A model generated the notes under the pieces. It worked only from the letters and a program-made list of their open reading frames with translations, ran no database searches and was not told the DNA's origin. From Acidimicrobiia bacterium (lineage in GTDB: Bacteria > Actinomycetota > Acidimicrobiia > Acidimicrobiales > Aldehydirespiratoraceae), in the NCBI GenBank assembly GCA_022819505.1, contig JAJEHD010000018.1, positions 560,587 through 624,586 on the forward strand: DNA of 64,000 nt, given 5' to 3'. Positions within the stretch are counted from its first letter, which is position 1; each line of letters opens with the position of its first letter. Position numbers and translations under genes: made by a program. Shown here in pieces: positions 17,920 to 25,908 of this stretch.

Positions 17920-19866
17920 ATGCGGCTGACTCGACGAGCCGTCGCAGCCGCGCTGGTTGCTCTGGTTGCGTGGCCGGCGGTCGCCGTGGCGCAGGAGGGC
18001 GGGGCGGAGCCGTCGTCCGATTCCGAGACCGAGACAGGGCCCGGGGTCGGGGTCGAGCCCGAACGGACCGCCTGCTCGGAGGCCGTCGGGGTCTTCGAAG
18101 TGCTGTGCAAGAGCCACGAGCTGCTGTCCGAGTACTACGTGGACGACGTGCCGGACGAGGACTGGGCCTCTGCCGCCGCCCTCGGAGTGCGCGAGGCCGG
18201 GCTCGCCCCGCGCGACGCCGAGGCGCCGCCGCCTTGTGCGCTGCCGTCGCCCGCGTTCGAGCAGGCCTGCGTCGAGATCGACGCGGTGGACGACACCGAG
18301 GCCGCGGTCTGGGCGGCCTCCACGGCGATGTTCGCTTCCCGAGGGGATCCCAACAACTTCCTGATGACCCGGTCGGAGTACGCGCGGTTGCTGGCTCGCC
18401 TCGAGGGCGGGGCTCCTTATGTGGGCATCGGCATCAGCCTGGGACTGCTGGACGGCACCAAGCCCTGCCACGCCCTCACGGCGAGCTGCCGGCCGGCAGT
18501 GGCCGAGGTGTACGCGGGCAGTCCGGCCGAGCGGGCCGGGCTGATGGCCGACGACATCGTGGTATCGCTCGACGGCTACGTCCCGTCGGGTCCGGTGTGC
18601 GGTCTGGGCGGCCTGCATCCCTTCGAGCAGGGGAGCGTGGTGAGGGTCGTTGTCGAACGGAACGGCCGGCAGAGGTCCTTCGCGGTCGATGTCGAGCCGG
18701 TGCACATCCCGACGGTTGACGGCAGGACGGTGGCTGGCAACATCGGCTATCTGCGGCTCAGCTCGTTCGGGTCGCGCACGGACGAGCTGGTCGAGCGGGA
18801 GCTCCAAGCCCTGATCGATGCCGGTGTTGACAGTCTGGTCGTGGACCTGCGGGACAATCCCGGGGGCTTTCTGCAGACCGTCATCAATATCGCCAGCATG
18901 TTCCTCGAGAACCGGCAGGTCGTCATACAGGAGGTGTCCCGGCGGCAGACCCTGTTGCACCTGGTCAGCGGCCAGGGCAGCCGCCCGGACCCGTCGGTGC
19001 TTCCCATAACGATGGTGGTGGACGCCGGATCGGCCTCGGCGTCGGAGGTCCTGGCGCTGGCCCTGCGGGATCACGGAAGGGCCACAGTGGTCGGCGCTAT
19101 CACCTTCGGCAAGAACACGGGACAGATAACTCAGCCCCTGCTGTCGCGTGACGGCACGCTGCTGGGGGGTGCCCGCGTGACCGTGTTCAGGTGGCTGGGT
19201 CCCGGCGGTGAGAGCGCTGCGGGCGGCATCCAGCCCGATGTCGAGCTCGATCTCGCGGCCTGCTGGCATCCGGTCGCGCTGGCTCGGCAGGTTGCGGCCG
19301 CGGCCGGGCTGCCGGGCGTCCTGCCGGCCGACATCGACCTGGAAGGCGAGCGCTACGACGCGGTGAGGGCCCTCACCGATGATGGGGTCCTTGCGGGCAC
19401 CGGATGCGCGCCGGGCCTCTTCTGCCCCGACGATCCGGTTCCTCGCTGGATGATGGCCGTGTGGCTGGTACGAGTCGTGGACGGCCGGGATCCCGAGCCG
19501 GTCACCGCCTCGAGGTTCGCCGATGTGGATGCCGGCCAGTGGTGGGCCGCGCACGTCGACCGCCTTGCGGAGCTCGGCATCACCGCCGGCTGCGCGACCG
19601 GACCGGCCGAGTACTGCCCCGACGATGTGGTGACTCGGGCTCAGATGGCCACATTCCTCAGGCGGGCCTTTGCCTTCGAGTCGGCTGTTCCCCAAGGGTT
19701 TGCTGATACCGGCGACAGCGTCCACGAGGCCAACATCGACGCCCTGTTCCGCGCCGGGATCACCGCAGGCTGCTCGACCGAGCCGCTGCGTTTCTGCCCG
19801 CAGCAGGCCACCACCCGGGTTCAGATGGCGTTGTTCCTCGAGCGGGCCCGCAACCATCTGCGCTGA
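17920..19866 (+). CDS. Secreted S41-family (C-terminal processing) peptidase with PDZ domain and three C-terminal SLH-like repeats
   Basis: Signal-like N-terminus MRLTRRAVAAALVALVAWPAVAVAQEG. DLRDNPGG and GSASASE peptidase motifs. Three repeats of about 55 aa each at the C-terminus (see findings). Confidence 0.85.
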   Translation: MRLTRRAVAAALVALVAWPAVAVAQEGGAEPSSDSETETGPGVGVEPERTACSEAVGVFEVLCKSHELLSEYYVDDVPDEDWASAAALGVREAGLAPRDAEAPPPCALPSPAFEQACVEIDAVDDTEAAVWAASTAMFASRGDPNNFLMTRSEYARLLARLEGGAPYVGIGISLGLLDGTKPCHALTASCRPAVAEVYAGSPAERAGLMADDIVVSLDGYVPSGPVCGLGGLHPFEQGSVVRVVVERNGRQRSFAVDVEPVHIPTVDGRTVAGNIGYLRLSSFGSRTDELVERELQALIDAGVDSLVVDLRDNPGGFLQTVINIASMFLENRQVVIQEVSRRQTLLHLVSGQGSRPDPSVLPITMVVDAGSASASEVLALALRDHGRATVVGAITFGKNTGQITQPLLSRDGTLLGGARVTVFRWLGPGGESAAGGIQPDVELDLAACWHPVALARQVAAAAGLPGVLPADIDLEGERYDAVRALTDDGVLAGTGCAPGLFCPDDPVPRWMMAVWLVRVVDGRDPEPVTASRFADVDAGQWWAAHVDRLAELGITAGCATGPAEYCPDDVVTRAQMATFLRRAFAFESAVPQGFADTGDSVHEANIDALFRAGITAGCSTEPLRFCPQQATTRVQMALFLERARNHLR

Positions 19867-19905
19867 CGGGAGGGCGTTGGTGCGGAACCTCTAGCCTGTG
19901 CAGTG

Positions 19906-20865
19906 ATGGCCAAACGCAAACGGCGGGTTCCCGCCGGGGTGGGGGCGGGCCGCGTCCCTGTGTCCAACCCGCCGGTGCGAGCCGGTCTGGTCAGTTCCAA
20001 GCGGCCTGTGCCCCCGGTCATCGACCGTCCGCCGTATACACGGCTTCCCGGCGGGGAGCCCGGGCCGTCGGTGTCCTCCGTGGTCCGGACATCGGAGGAA
20101 TTGGCGGCTATGCGCCGGACCGGGGCCCTGGCCGCCGACGTCCTGATCGCGGCCTGCGGCCAGGTCACCGAGGGGATCACGACGGATGCCATCGACCGGT
20201 TCGTGCACGACGCCGCGGTTGCCGCGGGCGCCTACCCCAGCCCGCTCGGATACCGGGGCTTCCCGAAGTCGGTGTGCACGTCCGTGAACGAGGTGATCTG
20301 CCACGGGATACCAGACTCCCGCCGGCTGGCCGCCGGCGACATCATCAACATCGACGTGACCGTGTACCGCGAGGGCGTCCACGGCGACACGTCTGTGACG
20401 CTGATGGTCGGCGACATGGACGACCACTCCCGCCGGCTGGTGGACGAGACCCGCGCCGCCCTGTACAAGGGAATCGGAGCGGTGCGAGCGGGCGTACCCG
20501 TGTCGGAGATCGGCCGGGCTATTGAGACCCACGCCTCCAGGCACCGCCTCGGGGTCGTGCGGGAGTTCATCGGGCACGGGGTGGGCACCGAGTTCCACTC
20601 CGGTCTGCAGGTGCCCCACTACTACGACCGGCGGGCCGCCACCCTGCTGGAGGAGGCCATGACCTTCACCATCGAGCCCATGCTCACGCTCGGCTCTCCC
20701 GAGGCGGCGATGTGGGACGACGGGTGGACGGCAGTAACCCTGGACGGTCGCCGGACCGCCCAGTTCGAGCACACCCTGGCCTGCACCGCCGACGGCGCTG
20801 AGATCCTGACCCGCACCGCCTCCGGCGAGTGCGCTCACGAACTGTTCACCGAGCCCATCGGCTAG
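19906..20865 (+). CDS. map: Type I methionine aminopeptidase with N-terminal extension
   Basis: VCHGIPD, DIINIDVTV, HGDTS, FIGHGVG, FTIEPM and FEHT metal-ligand motifs. GTG at 19903 or ATG at 19906. Confidence 0.95.
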   Translation: MAKRKRRVPAGVGAGRVPVSNPPVRAGLVSSKRPVPPVIDRPPYTRLPGGEPGPSVSSVVRTSEELAAMRRTGALAADVLIAACGQVTEGITTDAIDRFVHDAAVAAGAYPSPLGYRGFPKSVCTSVNEVICHGIPDSRRLAAGDIINIDVTVYREGVHGDTSVTLMVGDMDDHSRRLVDETRAALYKGIGAVRAGVPVSEIGRAIETHASRHRLGVVREFIGHGVGTEFHSGLQVPHYYDRRAATLLEEAMTFTIEPMLTLGSPEAAMWDDGWTAVTLDGRRTAQFEHTLACTADGAEILTRTASGECAHELFTEPIG

Positions 20866-20905
20866 ACCGCCGCCGGCCGCGCCATGGCCCACGCGGCTGC
20901 GGCTC

Positions 20906-21265
20906 CTATTCCACGAGCGTGATCGCCGGTTCCGCGACGCTGGGCGGCTCGCGGTGCTGTGTGAGGTCGGAGCGCACGCTGGCGGCGTGGGCAAGCACTG
21001 CCAGCAGTACGGCGACGAGCAGCACCGCGAGCCACCCCAAGGGGCCGAGACTCACGTCCGGGTCGGGCGATACGGCCCGCCGGATGATGGGACCGCAGGG
21101 TGCGAGTGTCATGTCACCCTCGCCGGATTGGGTCTGGTCCCTGCCTTGTGGCGCGTCGGGGGATCGGGGCCCGGCCTCACGGTGTGGGCTGAAGGAGTCA
21201 GTGCGAGGCCGGGCCTCGGAGAGTGCCCGGGGCGGCAGAAGATCGGTGAGTGCGGGGGAGGTCAC
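20906..21265 (-). CDS. Hypothetical small single-pass membrane protein (start uncertain; alternative ATG at 21112 gives 68 aa)
   Basis: One hydrophobic helix (GWLAVLLVAVLLAVLAHAA). Moderately high GC3. GAGGG lies before the internal ATG. No family recognised. Confidence 0.35.
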   Translation of the reverse strand: MTSPALTDLLPPRALSEARPRTDSFSPHREAGPRSPDAPQGRDQTQSGEGDMTLAPCGPIIRRAVSPDPDVSLGPLGWLAVLLVAVLLAVLAHAASVRSDLTQHREPPSVAEPAITLVE

Positions 21266-21279
21266 CGACCGGGCGGTCG

Positions 21280-21414
21280 TCAGATGCCGCGGTGGTTGCG
21301 GCGGTACCGCGGGATCGCCAGCACGGCCGCCGCGGTTGCAGCCGCGACCACGGCGATCCAGCTCATGGCACCGAAGCGCCGGTGGTCGATGGCGTGACTG
21401 GTGGAGTCTGACAT
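21280..21414 (-). CDS. Hypothetical 44-aa single-pass membrane protein (too short for the ORF track)
   Basis: My translation: MSDSTSHAIDHRRFGAMSWIAVVAAATAAAVLAIPRYRRNHRGI. ATG preceded by CGAGGAGACCCC. Divergent from the LuxR gene across the heptamer array. Confidence 0.4.
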   Translation of the reverse strand: MSDSTSHAIDHRRFGAMSWIAVVAAATAAAVLAIPRYRRNHRGI

Positions 21415-21480
21415 GGGGTCTCCTCGTGGTTGGCGTGTTGGCTTGATGGTCAGAGCATTGCCGCGTCCCGCCGTTTCATG

Positions 21481-21550
21481 TCTGCCAATCTCTGCCAGAT
21501 CGGGCTGCTTCCTGGCAGATGTCTGCCGAATCCGTGGCAGAGATCTGCCA
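21481..21550. promoter_or_regulatory. Array of six TCTGCCA/TGGCAGA heptamers (candidate operator cluster)
   Basis: TCTGCCA at 21481 and 21491 (10-bp phasing). TGGCAGA-TG-TCTGCCG at 21513-21528. TGGCAGA-GA-TCTGCCA at 21535-21550. The two palindrome centres are 22 bp apart. Confidence 0.5.
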
Positions 21551-21680
21551 GGCAGTTCGTGCCCGGCCGCGCCTGGGCTGCCCCGGTCCGGTTAGAGGCG
21601 TTGCGTTAGGCTCAGCTGCCGTGGGCGTTGAGCTGGGCAAGGGCCTTGCGCTCGCGCAGGTCCGTCTCGCGTGCGGTCGA

Positions 21681-22325
21681 ATGGCCGGAGGCGCCGACGC
21701 GATCCTGGAGGCCTACCGCTTCGGGGCGGCCGAGGGCCCCTACCGCGAGCCTTGGAGGGTCGAGTACCACCGGGAGGCGGTGAAGATCTACAGCGAGTCT
21801 CTGCCGTGGTCGTATCAGCGTGACGTCGCGAGACTGTTTCGCGACAGCGAGAAGGCCATGGAGGAGCGTTTGATTCCCTCGGGCTTGGCCGGGGACTGGG
21901 CGATCGTCACCGCCTACATGCGCGAGGCTGCCGGGTCCATCGAGGACTGGCTAGCGTCCGCCGAGCCGGCGTCGAGCGGGCCAAGGTTGGCACAGGCCCC
22001 GGAACTGACCCCCGAGAATCCGAGGGTCGTCCACTGGGACAGCTTGGCCGCGCTGACCACCACCGACGGCGTTCGCAGGCTGAGGCGGGCCTCCGTCGCG
22101 GTGAGGCAGCACTTCGACGCGGAGGCACCTCCTTCTCTCGAGACCTCCGAGCAACTTATGTTGAAGAGGCTCGCGTCCGGGGTGCCGATCGCGGACGTGG
22201 CGTCCGAGATGGGCTACTCGGAGCGCTCGATGTACCGGGAGCTGTCCAGGCTCTGGGACAAGCTCGGGGTCTCGGGCCGAGCCGCCGGACTGCGCAAGGC
22301 GACCGCCGAGGGCCTGATCGATTAA
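21681..22325 (+). CDS. LuxR/FixJ-type helix-turn-helix transcriptional regulator (start uncertain)
   Basis: C-terminal HTH: EQLMLKRLASGVPIADVASEMGYSERSMYRELSRLWDKLGVSGRAAGL. The track start at 21519 lies inside the palindrome array, so I prefer the ATG at 21681 (GTG at 21621 is also possible). N-terminal domain not recognised. Confidence 0.65.
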   Translation: MAGGADAILEAYRFGAAEGPYREPWRVEYHREAVKIYSESLPWSYQRDVARLFRDSEKAMEERLIPSGLAGDWAIVTAYMREAAGSIEDWLASAEPASSGPRLAQAPELTPENPRVVHWDSLAALTTTDGVRRLRRASVAVRQHFDAEAPPSLETSEQLMLKRLASGVPIADVASEMGYSERSMYRELSRLWDKLGVSGRAAGLRKATAEGLID

Positions 22326-22405
22326 CGCCTGGCTCTGCTGCGGGCGAGCTGGACCTCCTGCAATGCGCCTCGACCGGGGCCCGGTGGGGGGTGAGGATGT
22401 GGGCG

Positions 22406-22702
22406 CTATTCGCCGTGTGACGTGACGGCTACGACGGACATCACGGCGGACTGGCTCACGAGCTCCACCATCTCCGCATAGTCGCTGGAACCCACCCAAC
22501 TGTTCATGGCGTCGGCGTCCGGGAACTCGACGATCAGCAGATTGGTGGGCTTCCAGGCGCCGTCGATCACCGCCACCCGGTCGCCGCACACCAGCAACCG
22601 GCCGCCGTAGGACTCGGCGGTGTGGGCCGCAGAATGCCACTGATTGACGGTGGCGACATAGGCGTCACGGTCAACGATTCTCGGGTCGATTATCAGGAAC
22701 AT
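22406..22702 (-). CDS. DUF1330-domain protein
   Basis: 98 aa (MFLIIDPRIVDRDAYVATV...LLIVEFPDADAMNSWVGSSDY) fits the DUF1330 dimeric alpha-beta barrel-like family pattern. Confidence 0.7.
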   Translation of the reverse strand: MFLIIDPRIVDRDAYVATVNQWHSAAHTAESYGGRLLVCGDRVAVIDGAWKPTNLLIVEFPDADAMNSWVGSSDYAEMVELVSQSAVMSVVAVTSHGE

Positions 22703-22723
22703 GGGAGTGGTCCCTTTCCGTGG

Positions 22724-23680
22724 TCATGGATGGGGTCGAGCTAGGGAGCTGTGCTGCCGTACGAATTCCATTGTCAAACTAGCGCATGTCTCGGGTGCTT
22801 CGAGTGGAAGTAGGTGCGTGAGGTCCGGTACGAAATCATAATCCAGGTCCGAGAGGGTGCTCAGGTCCGTCGACGGCAGGAACGAGAACTTCGCGGTCGG
22901 GTCGGCCCCGATTACCTTGATGGGGATCGTGATGTCGGCGAGGAGTTCCAAGGTCTGCATCGAGTGGCCGAAGTACCACTCGAACAACTGCGCCTCGTGC
23001 TCGGGCGGGCATCGCAGCTCGTAGCCACCGTCGGGTGACGGGCGCAGGGTGACCTCCGCGAACAACGCCAGTGTCGGTTCGGGCACCAGCGAGAATGCGG
23101 GCGCGCGCTCAAGCATCGCCAGGAGTTCGTCCGGTGACTCGAATCGTCGCTGCCGCCGGCGGGCAGCGACCGCGAGCCCTTGGCAGACCGTCTCCATTTC
23201 GTCCAGGCCGGCTCCGGGCGGGTAGATCGGCGGATCGAACAACACCAGCGCAGAGAACGTCGGCGCCTGCTGCTCGTGCATCAGCACGACCATCGTCGAC
23301 AGCGAGTGGTAGATCCCGACGGTTGGCTTGGCGCCGAAGGCGTTGTTGACCGCTTCCAGAACCCGGATGTTGTCGTCGGCGAGCGTCGGCATGTTGTGCA
23401 ACCGCAGATCGCTCGGCTCGTTCCAGCCGTGGCTGCGAAGGTCGTAGACCACTACGTCGAAGTCGTCGGCGAACAGCGACCAGAAGGGCCAATACAGGTC
23501 GGCGGCGAAGCCGCAACCGTGAGTGATCACCACCCTCGGTCCGTCCGGGTTGCCGTGGCGGCGTGCCACGATCACTGAGCCGTCGCCGAGGCGCGCCCGC
23601 GCCATCGCTGACGGCTCAGGCGGTCTGGAACCGGCAGCGTTAGCGACCACTATCTGAGGGACTCCTCGGTTGAGAGCCAC
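22724..23680 (-). CDS. Alpha/beta hydrolase (start possibly ATG at 23605)
   Basis: PRVVITHGCGF oxyanion region, HSLS nucleophile-elbow-like segment, C-terminal cap/His region. Confidence 0.65.
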   Translation of the reverse strand: MALNRGVPQIVVANAAGSRPPEPSAMARARLGDGSVIVARRHGNPDGPRVVITHGCGFAADLYWPFWSLFADDFDVVVYDLRSHGWNEPSDLRLHNMPTLADDNIRVLEAVNNAFGAKPTVGIYHSLSTMVVLMHEQQAPTFSALVLFDPPIYPPGAGLDEMETVCQGLAVAARRRQRRFESPDELLAMLERAPAFSLVPEPTLALFAEVTLRPSPDGGYELRCPPEHEAQLFEWYFGHSMQTLELLADITIPIKVIGADPTAKFSFLPSTDLSTLSDLDYDFVPDLTHLLPLEAPETCASLTMEFVRQHSSLARPHP

Positions 23681-23780
23681 CGCAACCCCGCGGCGTGACC
23701 TCCAAGGGTCCGCAGGCTACTTTCCCGTGCCGCGTCGAGGCAAGGGGTCTTCTGGTAGCCGGCCACCTGCCCGTTGTTTA

Positions 23781-23824
23781 TGATACATACCGCAGCGATA
23801 CTTAGCCTAGTCAGCTATCATGTC
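23781..23824. promoter_or_regulatory. AT-rich paa promoter/operator candidate
   Basis: TGATAcataccgcagcGATACttagcctagtcagcTATCAtgtc: inverted TGATA/TATCA plus a direct GATAC repeat, 12-55 bp upstream of the paaZ ATG. The paaX repressor gene is in the same cluster. Confidence 0.35.
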
Positions 23825-23835
23825 GGGGAAGGGCC

Positions 23836-25908
23836 ATGCACCGGGTTGAGAGTTACATGGCGGGAGCGTGGCACCGCCCGGCTGTTGACGGGCGGGCGGT
23901 GCTCGACGCGGCCACCGGCCAAGCCGTCGCGGAACTCTCACCACCCGCTGTCGACCTTGCGGCTTCGGTCGCCTACGGGCGAGATGTCGGCGGGCCGGCG
24001 CTGCGGGAGCTGACCTTCCATCAGCGGGCCGCGATGCTCCGCAACATGGGCAAGTTGCTGCTCTCCGACAACATCAAGGAGCAGCTGTACGACCTCGCGT
24101 ACTGCACCGGGGCCACCCGGGCCGACTCATGGCTTGATATCGAGGGCGGCGCAGGCGTGCTCATGTCCTACGCCAGCAAGGCCCGGCGCGAGCTGCCCAA
24201 CTCCGCAGTCGCGGTCGATGGCGCCATTGAGGCCTTGTCGCGGGACGACTCGTTCTCGGCCGTGCACGTCCTCACCGCCCGCAAGGGCGTGGAGGTGCAG
24301 ATCAACGCCTTCAACTTCCCGGTCTGGGGGATGCTCGAGAAGCTGGCGCCCGCCTTCCTCGCGGGTGTGCCGTCCATCGTCAAGCCTGCTTCGGTGACCG
24401 CCTACCTGGCAGAGGCCGCGGTGCGGCTCATCGTCGAGTCCGGCCTGCTACCGGAGGGGGCCCTTCAGCTGGTGTGCGCCTCGGCCCCGGAGCTCGCCGG
24501 TCTGCTCGATTGCCTCGGGGGCCAGGACAGCATCGCCTTCACCGGCTCGGCCGCCACTGCCGCGGCGCTGCGAGCCCATCCTGCCGTCACCGAGAGGGCG
24601 GCCCGGCTCAATATCGAGGCCGACTCGCTCAACGCGGCCGTGCTGGCTCCGGCCGCCGCCCCCGGCACCGCCGAGTTCGACATCTTCGTGGCTGAAGTCG
24701 TCAAGGAGATGACCGTCAAGGCCGGTCAGAAGTGCACCGCCATCCGCAGGACGCTGGTGCCGGAGCGGCACCTGGACGCAGCCGCGGAGGCCCTGGCCGC
24801 GGCCTTGAGCGGCGTGGTGGTGGGGGATCCGCGGGACCGGGACACCCAATTGGGCCCGCTCGTCGGTCTGGCCCAGCGCGACGAGGTCGCCGCGTCCGTT
24901 GCCGCGCTGCGCGAGGCCGCGGTCCCGGTCGTGGACTCCTGCGACCTCTCCGGCGTCGACCCGGTGGCCGGGGCGTTCATGGCTCCCACCCTGCTGCAGG
25001 CCACCGATCCCTGCTCGGAGACGGTCCACACCACCGAGGCGTTCGGGCCGGTGTCCACCCTGGTGGGATACCGCAGCCTCGACGAGGCGGTGGAACTGGT
25101 CGCCGCGGGCGGCGGGAGTCTGGTGGCGTCCCTGTACGGCGGCGACCGGGACGAGATCACCGAACTTGCGCTGGGGATCGCTGCCTACCACGGCCGGGTG
25201 CTGATCATGGACTCGTCGATGGCCTCGACCAGCACCGGCCACGGCTCGCCCCTGCCGCCGCTGGTGCACGGCGGGCCCGGCCGGGCGGGTGGCGGGCAGG
25301 AGATGGGCGGCATGCGGGGGGTGTTCGCCCACATGCAGTGCACCGCGGTGCAGGGATCGCCCGACATGCTCACCGCGGTCACCGGCGAGTACGTCGGCGG
25401 CTCCGCGACCTGCGAGCACAAGGGGCACCCCTTCAAGCTCACCTTCGACGACCTGGAAGTGGGCGACTCCGTCACCACCGAGTCCCGCGCCGTCACCCGG
25501 GCCGACATCGCAGCCTTCGCGGAGAGCACCGGCGACAAGTTCTACGCCCACATGGACGAGGAGGCCGCGGCCCGCAGTCCCATCTTCAACGGCCTAGTGG
25601 CCCACGGCTACCTGGTGCTGTCGTTCGCGGCCGGTCTGTTCGTCTGGCCCGACGAGGGGCCGGTGCTGGCCAACTACGGCATCGACCGGCTGCGCTTCGC
25701 CAAGCCCACCTACCCGGGCGACGAGATCCACGTAGTGCTCACCTGCAAGCGCAAGACCCAACTCGACGGCCGCGGCTACGGCGAGGTTGCCTGGGACACC
25801 CGGGTCGTCAACCAGCACGGCGAGGTCAACGCGGCCTACGACGTGTTGACCATGGTGGCCAACGCCCCCGGCGTCAACGGCGCGCCGGAGGCACGCAGCC
25901 ATGGCTAG
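23836..25908 (+). CDS. paaZ: Bifunctional aldehyde dehydrogenase / MaoC-hydratase (oxepin-CoA hydrolase / 3-oxo-5,6-dehydrosuberyl-CoA semialdehyde dehydrogenase)
   Basis: N-terminal ALDH domain (..AGQKCTAIRR.. catalytic Cys) fused to a C-terminal MaoC hot-dog domain. Located immediately upstream of paaABC. Confidence 0.9.
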   Translation: MHRVESYMAGAWHRPAVDGRAVLDAATGQAVAELSPPAVDLAASVAYGRDVGGPALRELTFHQRAAMLRNMGKLLLSDNIKEQLYDLAYCTGATRADSWLDIEGGAGVLMSYASKARRELPNSAVAVDGAIEALSRDDSFSAVHVLTARKGVEVQINAFNFPVWGMLEKLAPAFLAGVPSIVKPASVTAYLAEAAVRLIVESGLLPEGALQLVCASAPELAGLLDCLGGQDSIAFTGSAATAAALRAHPAVTERAARLNIEADSLNAAVLAPAAAPGTAEFDIFVAEVVKEMTVKAGQKCTAIRRTLVPERHLDAAAEALAAALSGVVVGDPRDRDTQLGPLVGLAQRDEVAASVAALREAAVPVVDSCDLSGVDPVAGAFMAPTLLQATDPCSETVHTTEAFGPVSTLVGYRSLDEAVELVAAGGGSLVASLYGGDRDEITELALGIAAYHGRVLIMDSSMASTSTGHGSPLPPLVHGGPGRAGGGQEMGGMRGVFAHMQCTAVQGSPDMLTAVTGEYVGGSATCEHKGHPFKLTFDDLEVGDSVTTESRAVTRADIAAFAESTGDKFYAHMDEEAAARSPIFNGLVAHGYLVLSFAAGLFVWPDEGPVLANYGIDRLRFAKPTYPGDEIHVVLTCKRKTQLDGRGYGEVAWDTRVVNQHGEVNAAYDVLTMVANAPGVNGAPEARSHG

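Noticed and set aside
17899-19857. 652-aa minus-strand ORF spanning the whole S41 peptidase gene
   Set aside because: It is antisense to a gene with clear peptidase, PDZ and SLH motifs. Its translation is Arg/Gly/Pro/His-rich with no domain signatures.
21519-21680. N-terminal 54 codons of the LuxR-type ORF as listed in the track
   Set aside because: The ATG at 21519 sits inside the TGGCAGA-TG-TCTGCCG palindrome, and the stretch is largely occupied by the heptamer array. I treated it as regulatory DNA or 5' UTR, though this is not proven.
23181-23187. Isolated TGGCAGA heptamers inside genes (23181-23187 in the alpha/beta hydrolase gene, 28567-28573 in paaX) as further operator sites
   Set aside because: Single 7-mers are expected by chance in 64 kb read on both strands. 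Neither has a palindromic partner and both are intragenic.
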